The notes under the pieces: generated by a model | What the model was told of the DNA's origin: nothing | What the model saw: only the letters and a program-made list of their open reading frames with translations | Database searches by the model: none | Shown here: positions 1 through 13,815 of the stretch, piece by piece | Layout: every line of letters begins with the position of its first letter | Position numbering within the stretch: position 1 is the first letter of the stretch | Translations under genes and position numbers: made by a program | Source of the DNA: Nageia nagi | Lineage: Eukaryota > Plantae > Pinophyta | Assembly: GCA_050084985.1 (NCBI GenBank) | Contig: JBITNC010000001.1 | Coordinates: 49,414,001-49,478,000 of the forward strand | DNA: 64,000 bases | Reading direction: 5' to 3'

Positions 1-3000
1 CTCAGTGTCTAGAGCTCAAATTCTATTGGCAATAAAGGCTTTTTACCAAATACTAACTCATATGGAGTAAACCCATTGGTGGATTTCCACATAGTATTGT
101 ATGCCCAGAGTACTTTAGGAAGCCTAGATACCCAATCCCTTCTGTGTGAAGCTACTATCTTGGTCAATATATTTTCTAACTCTCTGTTAGTAACTTCAAC
201 TTGTCCATTCGTCTGTGGATGATAAGGCGAAGTCTTCTTATGTCGGATCTGGTACTGGTTCACAAAATGTTGAATTGTTTTTGACATGAACTATGGACCT
301 TGATCAGAAACTAGAAACCGAGGAGCTCCAAATCTTCGCATAATGTTATTATACAGAAAATCTGCCACATATTCTTCCTTGGCATGTGCCAAGGCTACTA
401 CTTCTACTCACTTAGTGGCATAATCAATGCAGACTGGTATGTGTTTCTTACCTTGAGATGGAAGATTAATAGGCCCAACAAAGTCAATGCCCCATTGCTC
501 AAATGGTTCAAGCATGCATTGTGGTTGTAATGGCATTTGAGTAGTAGCAGTAGGCCTACCCATTCATTGACACTGATCACATTGTCTCACATATTTTCTA
601 ATGTCTTTGTGTATAGAAGGCCAAAAATAACCAGCTCCTAGGACTTAATGGATGGTTTGTTTATCAGAATAATGACCTCCTGAAGGCTCATCATGGCATG
701 CACAGATGATATCAAATACCTCGTCTGTCCGAAGACACCTTCGAAGTGCATGATTAGGACCATATTTGAATAGCAACCCATCTAACCACTTATATGATGC
801 ACTCTTTCTAATCAATTGTTTCCTCTATTTTGGAGACAATTGTGGAGGAAATTTCCCAATGGCTAAATAATTGGCAATATCTGCAAACCAGGAAGACTGT
901 GCAGATATTGCAAAAAGTTGTTCATCTGGAAAGGTATCTTCCACCATCTCATCTTCCCGGACAATATTTAATTTGGATAAGAAATCTGCAACCACATTTG
1001 CTTTTCTAGGCTTATCAATGATAGTCACATGAAACTCCTATAACAGCAACAACCATCTCACAACTCTTCCACTTACCACAGGCTTGTTCATGAGATATTT
1101 AATGGCAGCATGGTCAGTATGAACAGACACTTGGTATCCTATGATATAATGTCTAAATTTATTGATGGCATATACTACTGCTAGGAATTCTTTCTCTGTA
1201 GTAGTATAATTTCTTTCAGCTCCCACCAAATTTTTACTTATGTAATAAATAGCATATGGGGACTTACTTGATTCCTCTTGTCCTAGGACTACTCCAATAG
1301 CATAATTTGAGGCATCCGTATGAATGTGGAATGGTAGTTCCCAATTGGGACCTCTCAACACAGGAGTTGTGATGAGTTTTTCCTTGATAGTATGAAAAGC
1401 TTCTTCACAATCAAGTGTCCATTCAAATTCGTTGTCCCTATGTAACAGGGTAAATAATGGACTTGCAATTTTACTAAAATTTCCTATAAATCTTCTATAG
1501 TATTCGACATGTCCCAAGAAGCTCCGGACATCTATTTGAGTCTCAAGTTGAGGGAGTTGCTTAGTGATTTCTATTTTCTTGGGATCCACTTGGATCCCTT
1601 GGGCTGAAATATGATGGCCCAAAACTATTCCTTCCTGTACAAGCATGAAGCATTTTTCATAGCTTAAGGATAGATTATGCATTTTACATCTCACCAAGAC
1701 TTTTTCTAAGTTCCTCAATGCATCTCCAAAAGTGTTGCCATACACTGTGAAGTCATCCATGTACACTTCCATGCAATCATTAATCAAATATGAAAAGATT
1801 GCTAGTACAACTCTTTGGAAAGTTGTTGGTGCATTGCACAAACCAAATGAAAGAACTTTATAAGCATATGTACCCCATGCACAAGTAAACATGGTCTTAC
1901 CCTAATCTTCCTCTACAATTTGTATTTGGTTATAGCCACTAAATCCATCTAGGAAGGAGAAATATTGCTTACCAGACAAAGTGTCTTATACTTGATCAAT
2001 GAAAGGTAATGAGAAGTGGTCCCTAAATGTAACTTTATTGAGAGCTCTATAGTCAACACATACCCTCCATTTGCCCTTTTTCTTAGGCACAATCACCAAT
2101 GGTGAGATCCATTGAATATCTGAGATAGGATAGATGAATTTAGCTTTCAATAGCTTTTCAATCTCAGTCTTAACAACTTCTTTAAGTGCAAGATTTATCC
2201 GCCTAGGAGGCTGTTGGATTGGTTTGGTTTCATCCGTATATATATGATAGGTACAGATCTCCGGATGAATACCTTTCATGTTTGAATATTCCCAGGCGAA
2301 AGCCTCAGTATGGGCCATCAAGACAATAAAAGCTTCTTTTCTTGTTCATCTGTCAACCAACTGTTGATATTGAGAGTCTTTCTTGGTAATACTTCAACAA
2401 TCTTGATCCCAGGTTTTGGTCAGATTACCTTGCTCTGGAAGCTGAACCAAGGAATTCAAAGGACAAGAATGTGGAAATATAGAATGGAATACCCTTTGTT
2501 CTTTCCCTAAAAGTATCCCCTTTTGGAACAATGTGAGTAAGGGGGCATTTGAACATTGCCAAAAATGTTGTCTGCTCTTCTGATGGAACATTGAAAATAA
2601 TGTTCTGTAATGGGTTAACCATTGTATTTCTCTTCTCTTCATCACTGCCTTCTGATTCTTCTTCCTGTGGCTTCGGACAATGGTACTGTATTTGTTCCAG
2701 ACTAGGATCTTCTTCCATCTCTTCAACATGATCCTTGATGGTAATGGTTGCTAATGTTGCAAAAGTCTCATGTGCATCCATGTCAAGCTCATCAACCCAT
2801 ATCTGGTTGTGATATTCCAACGTTGGTTGGGCAGATGGGTACAAAGAAAGTGTCTTTGTTTTTAGGCCGTTATAAATGATCATATCTCCAGACCTATAGT
2901 TGATTTGTGCAGCTGCAGTGGCTAACCAAGGTCTTCCCAGTATGACTGGATATCCGGAAGGTTGTGCTCTTGTCTTTAGAAGTAGAAAATCTACCAGACA

Positions 3001-5700
3001 GCTCTAGGAATCTACTATTATTTGGACATCTTCCATGATTCCTTTTGGCTTGGCCACTGCTCGGTCTGCCATCTGCAACATAATTGAAGTGGGTTGTATA
3101 TTTGACAGGAATAGCTTTTGAGACATCCAAAGTCATGACGTTTATTGCTGCTCCCAAGTCAATCAAAACATTGGGCACTTTAGTGACTCCTATGAAAATG
3201 GTACTAACAGGATTATCTAGATTGCAATACTTAGGAATTACCAAATTTTCGACCAAAAGATCAACTACTTTACCATCTACTTTAATAGTCTTTGGATAGA
3301 CCTTCTATCTTCTTCCTCCCTTTTGGATGCATAGTTCTTTAACCAACTTGTTTAGCTGAGGAACTTGTTTGATAGCTTGTAATACAGGTATCGAGATATT
3401 CAATTTCCTTATCTCTTGCAGTAGTTCCGATTCAATTTCTTGGGGTTTTTCAATTAGTCTTTCCGGATACGGAGTAACTTCTATCTGAAGCTCTTTGTTG
3501 TTTGTAGGTAGAATTGTTTCTATTGGTGGCTCCTGACTATCTTCCATGTGTTCTCCTGGAGATTCATTTGAGTTGTCCACCTCAATTTCTGTGATGACAG
3601 GAGGTAGAGGATCTAGCAATTTCTTACCATATCGAAGCTCAATTTCATTACATTGTATAGCATTTATTGATGCAATGTCTCCTTGATCAATTTGATAGGC
3701 AAGTGCCAGAGCTTACCTGTTATTATTTCGGTTTGGAACAAGTTGGGCTGGGAGCAAGTTGCTTTGGAGGTTGTTGTTGCTGATTCATTTGCTGTTGTTG
3801 ATTAAATGGTGGTGGTAGCAAACCTTGCCTTCTCTGTCCTTGTACTGGATGATTACTCTAGTTCTGCCGATTTTGTCATCCACAATGCTACCATTATGGA
3901 TTCCATTATGAAGGATCCCATCCATAACCTTGCCAATCTTGAGTTACCATCCATAGGGAATATGGTGGCATACCCCATCAATTCTGATTTGTTGGTCTAG
4001 AAAAATTGGGGTTTGGATTCCCTTAGAAATTACTATTTCCCCTAGGCCCCATTACTCCCATATAGTTCATATTCATGTTCGGAGCTGCTACAGACATTTG
4101 TGCTATTGTTAGATAGTCACAATCATCTGTTGGATGGTCATTATTGCATAGGCTACATAAATGGGTAGTGTTCAGAGGACATTCATGTAGAGCAGTTTCT
4201 TTCGGCACCTAGGACAATACCTTGTTGAAAACTCATCTGTGGTCTCCTTTTTCGAGTTTGTAGTTTGAAGAGAATCCTAAACCTCCTTCAATTTATTTGT
4301 TGTTCCCTTCAGTTGACTTAATTCAAATAGAACATTAGTCCTGAAGTTTGCAAATTCTTCCTTAATTTCACTTGCCAATCCAATCTCTACTCAACCATCA
4401 TTTTGAAACCTGTCACTTCTCTTATATGATTTGGTCCTTGAATAGTTTTTGTAGAGTTCCACAATTTTCTCAAGAGTTAACTTATTGATGTTACCTTTTC
4501 TCATCAAATTTAGAACTTCCAATGTGGAATCCAGAAGCCCTCTTAAAAAGATGGTTTTGGAGAATTCGGGATCCATGGTTGTGCCAACTCTTTTCTGAAC
4601 AAATAAGAATCTGTCAAGGTAATCTTCAAGGCTTTCTGATGCTGCCTGACTGAGTCAAAACAGTTCATCTTTCCTATCTTTGACTCCACAGTATTCTTGG
4701 TATTTTTCCAAAAAAGCTTTCTCCATTTCATCCCAAGTGGTGATGGAAGCTGGAGGAAGTCCCATGAACCAACTCATTGCATTATCCTTTAGAGTGGATG
4801 GAAAAAGTTTAAATTTTTGTTCATCCATCTCATAGTCATAAGTTCTGCACAATATTTTGAATTCAAACAAAAATTGATTTGGATCCTCACTAGAAAGACC
4901 TCGAAAGGTAGGTAAGACTAACGGTGAAATGTTTTTCATAGGAGCCTAAGTCCCTGCGGTGAACCTTATGGGATAAGTGAATGTTTGAGTAGAGGGATTA
5001 GTACCTACCACTCCAGAACCACCGCTTCCTCTAGACATATTGGTAAGTGGATTAGTATATATCTTCTTTATTTGCTCAAACTCTAGTAATCTCCCCTTGC
5101 TATGATAAATATGGAAGGGTATCTTGGCTGCTTATTTTTTTGCTTCAAAATCACTTTTGCTAGAAAGAGGATGAATATGAGTAACAGGTAATGGTAAAGA
5201 TGTATTGGAGAAATGGATGGATGGATGAGAAGTAGCAGTGACTATATCCGGAGCAGGCTCAACTATCTCTGTTTGGAGAGTTAAGTTTGCAAACTAAATA
5301 AGAAATGGAGGGGATTTATCAGTAAATCTCCTATATTGCTTAGATGAATCTGAGAATCTCAGAAATGATGGTGATGATGGACTAATGAAAGTTATCTCTT
5401 CTACAGCGACTGGATACTTAGATTCTGGAGTATAGTCTGCCTTCTCTTCTAAAATTGTTGGATCAATTTCTTCCACAGATGTAGGCTTTGGCCTAGTTTC
5501 TTCCGGTTGCTCCATCTGATATTCTTCGACAACTATACTGCTTCCCTTTCTTCCACAACCTTTTCTGAACTCAACTTTTTAGTTTTGAGGAGTTTTTGTT
5601 GTATTTTCTAGACTGATTTTCCCACAGCTACTTTCTTACTACCATCTCCTTTGACAAATCTTCCTTTATCATCCCTTGATCTATTCATACATTCACAAGC
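1..5700 (-). mobile_element. Ty3/gypsy (Athila-like) LTR retrotransposon internal region; decayed gag-pol running off the left edge
   Basis: Minus-strand order is gag (4655-4939 LPTFRGLSSEDPNQFL..LFPSTLKDNAMSWF), protease (~3100-3256 VLIDLGAAINVM), RT (1986-2321 WISPLVIVPKK..WRVCVDYR; YMDD in 1038-1892), RNase H (HTDASNYAIG, TTEKEFLAVV), integrase (9-800 SPYHPQTNGQVE). Several stops and frameshifts. Confidence 0.95.
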
Positions 5701-5878
5701 AAATAAGCACATCAATCTATCACAACTTAGACAATAGTTTGTTGCAATTTCTTAATGTAGGTTATTAGGGCTACTCATTCTATGAAGAATTGAGGAACCA
5801 GGATGGCACCCAATTGCTAATTGGCTCTGTGAAGTCCCCTATCCTTAAGAAGTGCAGCGATAGTTTAATTAACATCAT

Positions 5879-5896
5879 TCCCTCGCAACGTTGCCA
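5879..5896 (-). promoter_or_regulatory. Primer-binding site, degenerate Athila-type (tRNA-Asp-like)
   Basis: Minus strand reads TTTT-TGGCAACGTTGCGAGGGA, similar to the Athila PBS TGGCGCCGTTGCCGGGGA. Confidence 0.65.
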
Positions 5897-5900
5897 AAAA

Positions 5901-7600
5901 CGATGGGTAAAATAATGGTATTCCAAATTCCACCAAGGCTATCACTACCCTTCCCCTAGTGATCCTTTCACCTGTTATCGTGAAGGGACCAGTTAACTCA
6001 TAGAGCTGGTACTCCAACACTTAGGACAGATTTTAGTTCCCTCTCACTAGTCTTGGAAGACAATATCTGACTCCTCCATTTAGTTAATCAATCCGGGTGG
6101 TGTTCAAGGCTATATGCTATTGAACTTTGTTTTCTCAACTATATCTACTTCAAGTAAACATTGTAGAAAGCCAATATGCAAAATAGAAAGTTGCAGAATT
6201 GAAAGTACAAGAATCTTAAATACTGAAAAATATACACTTGAAATTATCACACTAAATGTAAACTCACATCTGAATTAGAAGAACAATAAAATAACAGAGT
6301 CTTCTACCATTTGGAGTGGCCCTTGCTCCTCTTGGTGGAAGACTTAGAAGAACTCAGAACTGGAAACTCTTAATAGATCACTCTATTACATACAATTTGT
6401 CTTGCACAGAATGTGCTTGACAAATCTAATACAAAGTTTTTACTCTCAAAAATCTACACAATACTTCCTTAATCTTCTAACTCCTACCGTCAACAACTAA
6501 GGTATAAATATCCTCCGTTGTTTAACAATAGGCTGGCCAAGAATAATAATAATCTAAATAATATTCTGTTATAGAAAACAGAATCACTTATTCTACAAGC
6601 TATCTAACACTAAAATTAACATGCTAATGGTGCCACATCTTATCTAAGGAGAGCTACAATCTCTTAAAAAAAAAGAGTGGCTCATCCCAACGAGTCAGCA
6701 CTATCCTAATTACATCATAAGTAGTTTATTATGCCTAATTTGGAGTCAAACATACTCCATAAAACAAGAATCATATCTGACTATCTAATGTGTTGGAGCC
6801 ATGGTTCTATAGATTATATTTGGAGTAGCTCACATTACGTGAATATCTGGATCATACAAGGCTGGAATAGAACTAGCAATATAGTCAATAATGATGGTCA
6901 ATTTCTCAATTTGAGTCTAAAATAGGAGCTCCGAACGTGTTTAAAATAGAAGTTCCAAACAAGTATGAAATAGAAGCTCCAGACAAGTTTGAAATAGAAG
7001 CTATGGACAAGTCTGGAATAGAAGCTCTAGACGAGTCTGAAATAGAAGCTTTGGGCGAGTTTGGAATAGAAGCTTTGGACAAGTTTGGAATAGGAGCTCC
7101 AAATGAGTCTGGAACAGAAGCTCTGGACAAGTCTAGAACAAGAGCTTCAGACAAGTCTAGAATAAAAACTCCAGACAACATAATTTTGCTTTACCAAATG
7201 AGGTGTCCAATGTGTCCGGAGTTGAGCTTCGGACAATGTATACAACTACAGAATCTGTTCGGAATACTTCCTCCAATACTTACAACTCATACAAATTATC
7301 AACCATCATTCCATGGAGAAAAGAGAAGCATTTTGGTTCAAACAAACACACAAAATAGAATCAGTATGCACAAAATACTAATATAAGGAAATTATGCATT
7401 TAACCATATATTAAGCAACTAAATAGTCTAACAGTCATAATTAATCCGTCCCATAATGTCCAAATATACAAAATGAACCATCGAATTGTGCCAAAAACCA
7501 GGTAATTACTGAGACTCATCATACTACAGGACCCAATGGTACTCAAAGTAATGAACAACTATGCCTATGTGGAGCTATCCCCATCTTCCATGTCAGCACT
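5901..7600 (-). repeat. Probable 5' LTR of the Athila-like element (distal boundary approximate)
   Basis: Non-coding block immediately upstream of the PBS. The partner LTR lies outside the window, so the boundary cannot be confirmed. Confidence 0.5.
6921..7180. repeat. 24-bp tandem repeat, ~11 units
   Basis: Units of consensus AATAGAAGCTCYAGACAAGTYTGG read directly from the sequence. Confidence 0.92.
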
Positions 7601-7835
7601 ATATACATTAATAATATTTTGAGTGTATATATTATTCTATACTGAAACTGATTTTGAAAATTTGATGACCCATTTTACATATCTCAGGTTTCCATAGTTG
7701 ACAATGTATATGTTCTGTACTATACAAATATTTGAGGGTGTGACACCCTTTTGTTGTTCTGCAATCTTATATCATTAAAATCGATGTGGTTATATGTTTC
7801 ATTGATGGGAGGTCACTCCTCTAGACTACCTTATT

Positions 7836-8768
7836 TGTAATGTCCCAAAATCTAACATTATACTTTTCTATCAATTGATTAGAAAGATGCATCCTTTGGA
7901 AGAAAGCTTAATTGCATTTAATGCATTCTTTGTAATAGTTAGGAGTGATTTAACATGATAGTTGTCTCTAGGTGTGAGATGTCCCTACTCTTGGGATGAT
8001 ACCTTATATTTAGTTACAATTATGTAATTAGAAGTCTTATTTGTTAATGATATTTTAGGATGAGAGACTTGTGGGTCCAAGAGACCAATTGTGAGCATGA
8101 TTTGGCACAACTCCCTCTTAGAGATATCTAGGAGTAGTTGTAATGATCTCAAGGTCAATTAATGAGCTTGAGGATGAGGCGCACTGTTTGTCATGATTCC
8201 TAGGTGAGATTTAGCACCCCCCATGGGACGTCCAAGCATAAAAGGAGGATTCACACCATGAGAGCATCCTCTATTTTTTGGCTAATTCAATCACCTTTAG
8301 TCTTCTCTCAAAGAGACATGGCACATCACCAAAATTACTCTTGTGTAGCACAAGGGAGGGTTTGGATGACTGAGATGCCTCTAAATCTAGACTGAGGTGT
8401 AGCATCTTAGTCCATCTGGTGGTATTTTGAGGTTACACTTTTTCCTTCATTCTGAGCATGGGAGAGCTCCTTCAATGGTGTGTCCAAGTCTGAGGGAGTG
8501 TGTATTCTATCCATTCATATCAGATATGGGGTTAGAGGCCCTATTGATGTGATGTCAGCCCTCTTAGTGCATTTGTAGTTCATAGTGCTTGGGATCTAGC
8601 CTTCTAAGATAGACGCCTAACCCTTTAGACCATTGTACTTGCATTTTGATATTATTATAATTCAGATCTGCATTTCATATATTTTCTTGTGGATGTTTCT
8701 TGTGTAGTTGGGGTTGGAATTGTCCTCTTTGGTGTGAAGAATTATTTTTACTAATTTGGGACATTACA
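7836..8768 (+). mobile_element. Solo LTR (933 bp) related to the LTRs at 56484 and 60576
   Basis: Ends TGTAATGTCCCAAA...TTTGGGACATTACA (14-bp inverted repeat). TSD TTATT at 7831-7835 and 8769-8773. Shares GAGACTT(G/A)TGGGTCCAA..GACCAATTGTGAGC with the 56484 LTR. Confidence 0.93.
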
Positions 8769-8899
8769 TTATTTTTTAACAAAAATAGAACAATAGTTAC
8801 AATACTTGATGATTCTCTCAATACCAAGTTACGGAACATACAAATGAAAACTAGATTCTAGAAGGAAAACTAATGATGAAAAACATGGCAGATAAAAAG

Positions 8900-9490
8900 G
8901 TCAAATAAGTAAGATCTTGACAGAATTATCCCTGAAATTTACCTCCTCATAAATACAGCTACAAGGGGTACGTCCTTGTTGGAGATATTAGAAATAGAGT
9001 AGAAGATTTACATAATCAAGTAGGACACTCATCTGTAATTGTGCAATGGATGAAAAAGCATTGGGGTTGAGTCACTGGAAAACATGTTTCCTGTCCATTC
9101 AGAAATCAATGTCTTTCTTTAAACACAAAATCTTGGTAGGGTTCATATTTCACCAAGGCTTGGTAGATAAGTATTCAAAAAGACTGGAATAACAGATTTT
9201 AGATCTAATAAATAGAGAACAAAGGAATAAATTTGATGTCCCTCTTTATGCATTCTTATAGACCAATTAATTACTTCATGATTGGCACTCTTTCTTGGAA
9301 ATGCCCTTGTCTTTGGTGACACTTGGATGTCAAGGATATCCATAAACCATTATGGTAAACAAACTCGTTTTCTGCATTTGGTTTTCTTTGGAAGGACATA
9401 TAACAAGTCTCTTAGCATGGTCATTCTGTATTTTACATCTATGCAACTGAACCCCTCCTATTTTTCCAATAGAAAGTTTGTTTCCATCTA
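8900..9490 (-). mobile_element. Possible highly degenerate LINE 3' remnant (zf-RVT-like)
   Basis: Translation VSPKTRAF..K...HE resembles plant L1 zf-RVT PPKIRAFLWK..HE, but the cysteines are lost. Confidence 0.3.
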
Positions 9491-11857
9491 AAGTGGATTT
9501 TTTGGTCTATTTTTTGAAAAAGATAGGGGGGTCCGAAATTTGGAAAATTTTTAAAAACTGGATTTGAGCTTATGGATGGATGGGAGATAGGATTATAAAG
9601 TACTTAGCAAATTTTGAAAGGTTTTGGGGCTTTTAGGAGGTTTTGGGAAAGATTTGAAGTTTTTGGCAAAATTTTCGATTTTCATGTCTATGGATTTTTT
9701 TAGTAGAAAAAGTGAAAATTTCCATAAGAATGAAAAATGCCTCCTAGATATTTGAACCCCCAAACTTGCTCAAAAATGAAAATTTACAAGTTTAAATGTG
9801 CTTGGAATGGTATCTTTTATTCATTCATGTCTTCAAATTTGGTTTTAGATCAAAAACCCATCTTCCTCCTTGACTTAGGCGCCAAAAAACACTCCATTGA
9901 AATTCCATTGGCATGGAAACATGCGCCTAACCTTTTGGGGCATTTCCCTTGCTCAAATTCAAAATTTTGTAGACCTAAACCCTCTTGAAATGCCCTTTTC
10001 CTTGCTCACAAACCTTCATACTTGAGTTTTGGACAAAATTTATCTTTTTTCCTCATGCTAGGCACCAAAATTCATCCCATTTGGATTTCCATAGCTTTGC
10101 AAACCTGCTCATAGCATTTTGAGCCTCAAAACTTGCTCAATTTCGAAAAATTGAATGTTTAAATGTGCTAAAAATCATCATTTTGACTTTATGAACACCT
10201 CAAACTTGATTTTTGATGAAATTTGCAAAACTACACCTAGCTTTTAGGTGCTCAAAAATAGCTCAAATTCAATTTTTTGAAGACCTAAATATGCTCAAAA
10301 TGACATTTTGCATGCATTTGACCCCTCAAACTTGAGTTTTGACCAAACTTTATCAATTTTTTCATTCTAGGCGCCATTTTTCACTCCATTGGAATTCCAT
10401 AGCCTTGAAAATCTGCGCCTAGCCTTTTGGGCCTCAAAACTTGATCAAATTTGAAAAATTGAAGACTTAAATGTGCTTGAAATCCCTTTTTCCATCAATC
10501 TATGGTTTTGGTTTGGTCTTTTGGTCAAAATCCATTTTTCTCCTTCAAGTTAGGTGCAAAATGCAAGTCTATGGATTTCCATTCACTTAAAAACTTGCGC
10601 CTAGGATTTTAGGGCACTTCCATTGGTCAAAAACAAAAATTTGTATACCTAAAGTGCCTTAGAATGGGATTTTACATGCAATCAAATCATCTCCCTTGAT
10701 TTTCGAAACAAATTTCATTTTTCCCTATGTAGCTAGGAGCCAAAATACACCTCAATGGATTTCCATTGGCTTGAAAAACTATGCCTTGGCTTGGAGGGCT
10801 TAAAACTTGGTCAAAAACAAAAATTTCAAGTCTTAATTGTGTTAGAAATAACCTTATTTCTCCAATGATGCCTCTTAGACTTGATTTTTGATACCATTTG
10901 CATTTGTCTCTTGAATTTTTTTCATATTTTGCCATTCCTTGGAGCTATGTGTCAAAACCCGGGCTCTGATATCACTGTAATCCTAAAATTGTGTTCTTAG
11001 GCACACCTTATGCATTTTGGATCCTTATCCACCATTTTCAAGCTTGAACTTAACCAAATCCACATTTTTCGCTATTTCCAGGCTCAAATTGTGCATTTCC
11101 GATCATTCCTGGCATTTTCGAGCTCAAAATCTAAAAAACGGTCATTTCCGATATTTATAGTCAAAACTGAGCTTAATCTTTGAAAAATGATCATTTTCGG
11201 CATTCTCGACACTTCGGGGCTCAAACTTTACATTTTCTGCTATTTCCAATTAAAATCGAACATTTCTATGCATTCCCAACCAAAACGCACTTTTCGGGCA
11301 TTCTAGGCTCAACTTTACATTTTTTACCATTTCCGAGCTTTTTGGATCCAAACTATGCAAAAACGCACATTCTTACCTTATTGACCACTTCCGAGCTCAA
11401 AATTGACAAAAACGCACATTTTCTATCATACTTGCTCTTTCCGGCTTTCCAGGGTCAAATTGACAAAAACACTTATTTTTGTCATCTTAGCCATATTCAC
11501 TGCACCCGGGCTCAAACTTGACAAAAACGCTCATTTTTGTCATCTAGGTACCTTTGTGCTTGAATCCTACAAAATGGACCCCATGTGCATTGATTGCACT
11601 CTAGACCCAAAAATCCATGCTCTGATGTTGTCTCTCAAATCCTAGCTCCGTGGCTCCAAAATTGGTGACTAGATACTCTGATACTCTTCAGGGCCTTCGT
11701 CGGAAGATCTCATTGAATCAACTGATATCATGTTTGCACTCTTCATAATGAACTATCCGTCGCCAAAAACCCATCTCAAGGCAATGTACGTCATTGCCTT
11801 TGCAAAAATAAGGTCCCCAAAATCTTGTATTTTGGGGTGTGTTGTGCGGGCACAACA
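9490..11857 (-). mobile_element. Giant-LTR family copy 3, truncated on the left
   Basis: Ends GGGGTGTGTTGTGCGGGCACAACA like the copies ending at 28259 and 45554. Contains the 183-bp array (9700-10850) and the AAAAGATAGGGG motif also seen at ~42885 and ~50610. Confidence 0.85.
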
Positions 11858-13815
11858 CAAGTGTGCTATGAAATTGTCCAAGTGTTCTTTAAAACTATCC
11901 CTTGTGGATACCAAGAGAATGCAACCATTGAGGCTGCTATCGAACGAAGTGTAGACAAAAGATGTTGTTGATGATGTGTGCCTTCTTAGCACCAAACCTT
12001 GTGCCTTGCTTTCAACTGGATCCCACTGTCTTGTTATCCCAAAAATGTAAAGAACTATAGCTGATAAGGTGCTAGCCTGAGCACTTCTACTGACTGTTTT
12101 GGCAACTGTAATGTTGGGAAAGCATTCCCCAAATATTTCCCCCTCATTAGGACTTGATGTTTGGCCTTTTATGCAAACTGTACTATTCTTTGAGGAGCTG
12201 ATCTCAACCAAAACTAAGCATAAATAAGTCATTAGTGGACTGATTTTTGAGTCCACAAACTCTGTCTTAAACGCAGCAGTCTTCACACCAAATCCTTCAA
12301 GGCTCTCCGAAACTGAACTGTGCTTGATTGTGCAAAAATCATAGAGTGATGAATATTTGGTGTCCATAAACTTTTGAGGAGATACTTGACAATACATACC
12401 TTGATTCTCAACATTGAAAGGCTGAAGTGGCATGGTCTCCTTGATCATGTTGTGAACCCTTTGAAACAACATACTTGACTGCCCTAAACTTGAGTGTATA
12501 TCAGTCACATGTGTCTCTTACTGTCAAGTAGAATGCTTTGTTGAGAGGGGTTAGATGACTGAGTTTGATCTTCAAGTTGTGCTCTTCATCTTTCATAAGA
12601 CTCTCACAAAAATCTGAGATGTTGCTTGGGCTGTCCATTGCTATTGATAATGGTTTTTGGCCTTTTCCATTTTGAAATCACTGCTGCAACCTTCAAACCT
12701 TCAAGAGTACTGTTGTTCCTAATATTTGTATGAAATAAGCTTTTAGCAAGATGCTTCACTTGCTTGTATCCAAAATTGAGGAGAGACCAAAACAATAAAA
12801 CCATACTCAATAGGCTGTTACAAAAACCAACTGTATTGCTTCCCCATGTGGTGTGGGTGTTAGGACTGTTTTTTTCCATCAAAGACTGCCCTTAAATGTT
12901 TTCCATACTGAGATCACTGCTGTTAAGACTGTTATTACTGTTTGGAGAAGTATCATGGCTGATCAAGGTGTTTTCTAGGAGGTCTTCCATACGGTCCTTG
13001 TAAGTGCTCTCCAATCTATTCACAGCTGTTAGAGGGTGTGTGGCATTGATGCCCTTCAATGTTATCTTCACTCCTTGTTCAAAGAAAGTCATCTCTAACT
13101 TCCGGCAATTGAAGGTGACGTCTCCCAAGATATGCCCTTCTAATTAGAGAGGGATGTATTTGATAGGCCTAATCAAGGGTCTTTTGATGTCAATGAAATG
13201 TCTAAGATCTCTTCACATTCTTTTGGTGGGTGGCTGATGGGTATCTTCTTCGGCCAATCTTTTCCCATATATATGAGTCCTAGTGGCCATTCTAGGTTTT
13301 CTAGGGAGTACTTGGTGGGGTTTCATCATATTTTGGTAAAGTGGAAAACTAACTTTATTTTGAAATTAGAAAAGTGAGTAGTCAAAAGAAATAGGATTCA
13401 TATGTGTACCTTCTTCTTGGATGCCCCCTTGTGTTAAACCCCATCTTTGTTCCATGGGATTCCTTAACGGTTTCCCTTTCTCTTCTTGCGGTTCCTTGCT
13501 TGAGGTCTCCTCTTCATTGGTACTTGATGCGACTACCTCCAATCTTTGAGCTTTTTCTTCCTCCATGAATGCTCTCCTTGATGCCTTTTCACCCCAATAG
13601 ATCTTGACTATTGTACTTCATCATATTGTTGCCATTTGTTGATTCTCAACCTACTTTTCTCCTCAGCAAGTTTCCTTTCTATGCAACCCCATACTTTCTT
13701 GATTTCAATAAGTAATTTCAAAGCAACAATAGGTGTCTGATCCATAAACCATAAGATTAAAATTTCAATTTAACCTCTTCAAATGAATCAATTCACACTT
13801 AAATAATTAAGTGCT

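Noticed and set aside
6921-7180. CRISPR-like array, or real proteins from ORFs 6937-7386 and 6906-7181
   Set aside because: Head-to-tail degenerate units with no unique spacers in a eukaryotic context. The ORFs arise because the 24-bp unit lacks stops.
11675-11692. PBS-like ACTCTGATAC (also at ~52368)
   Set aside because: Only a partial match, with no adjacent LTR terminus.
13135-13815. Unassigned segment with a short acidic ORF (13366-13566)
   Set aside because: Probably a TE fragment, but no diagnostic motif or boundary could be supported.
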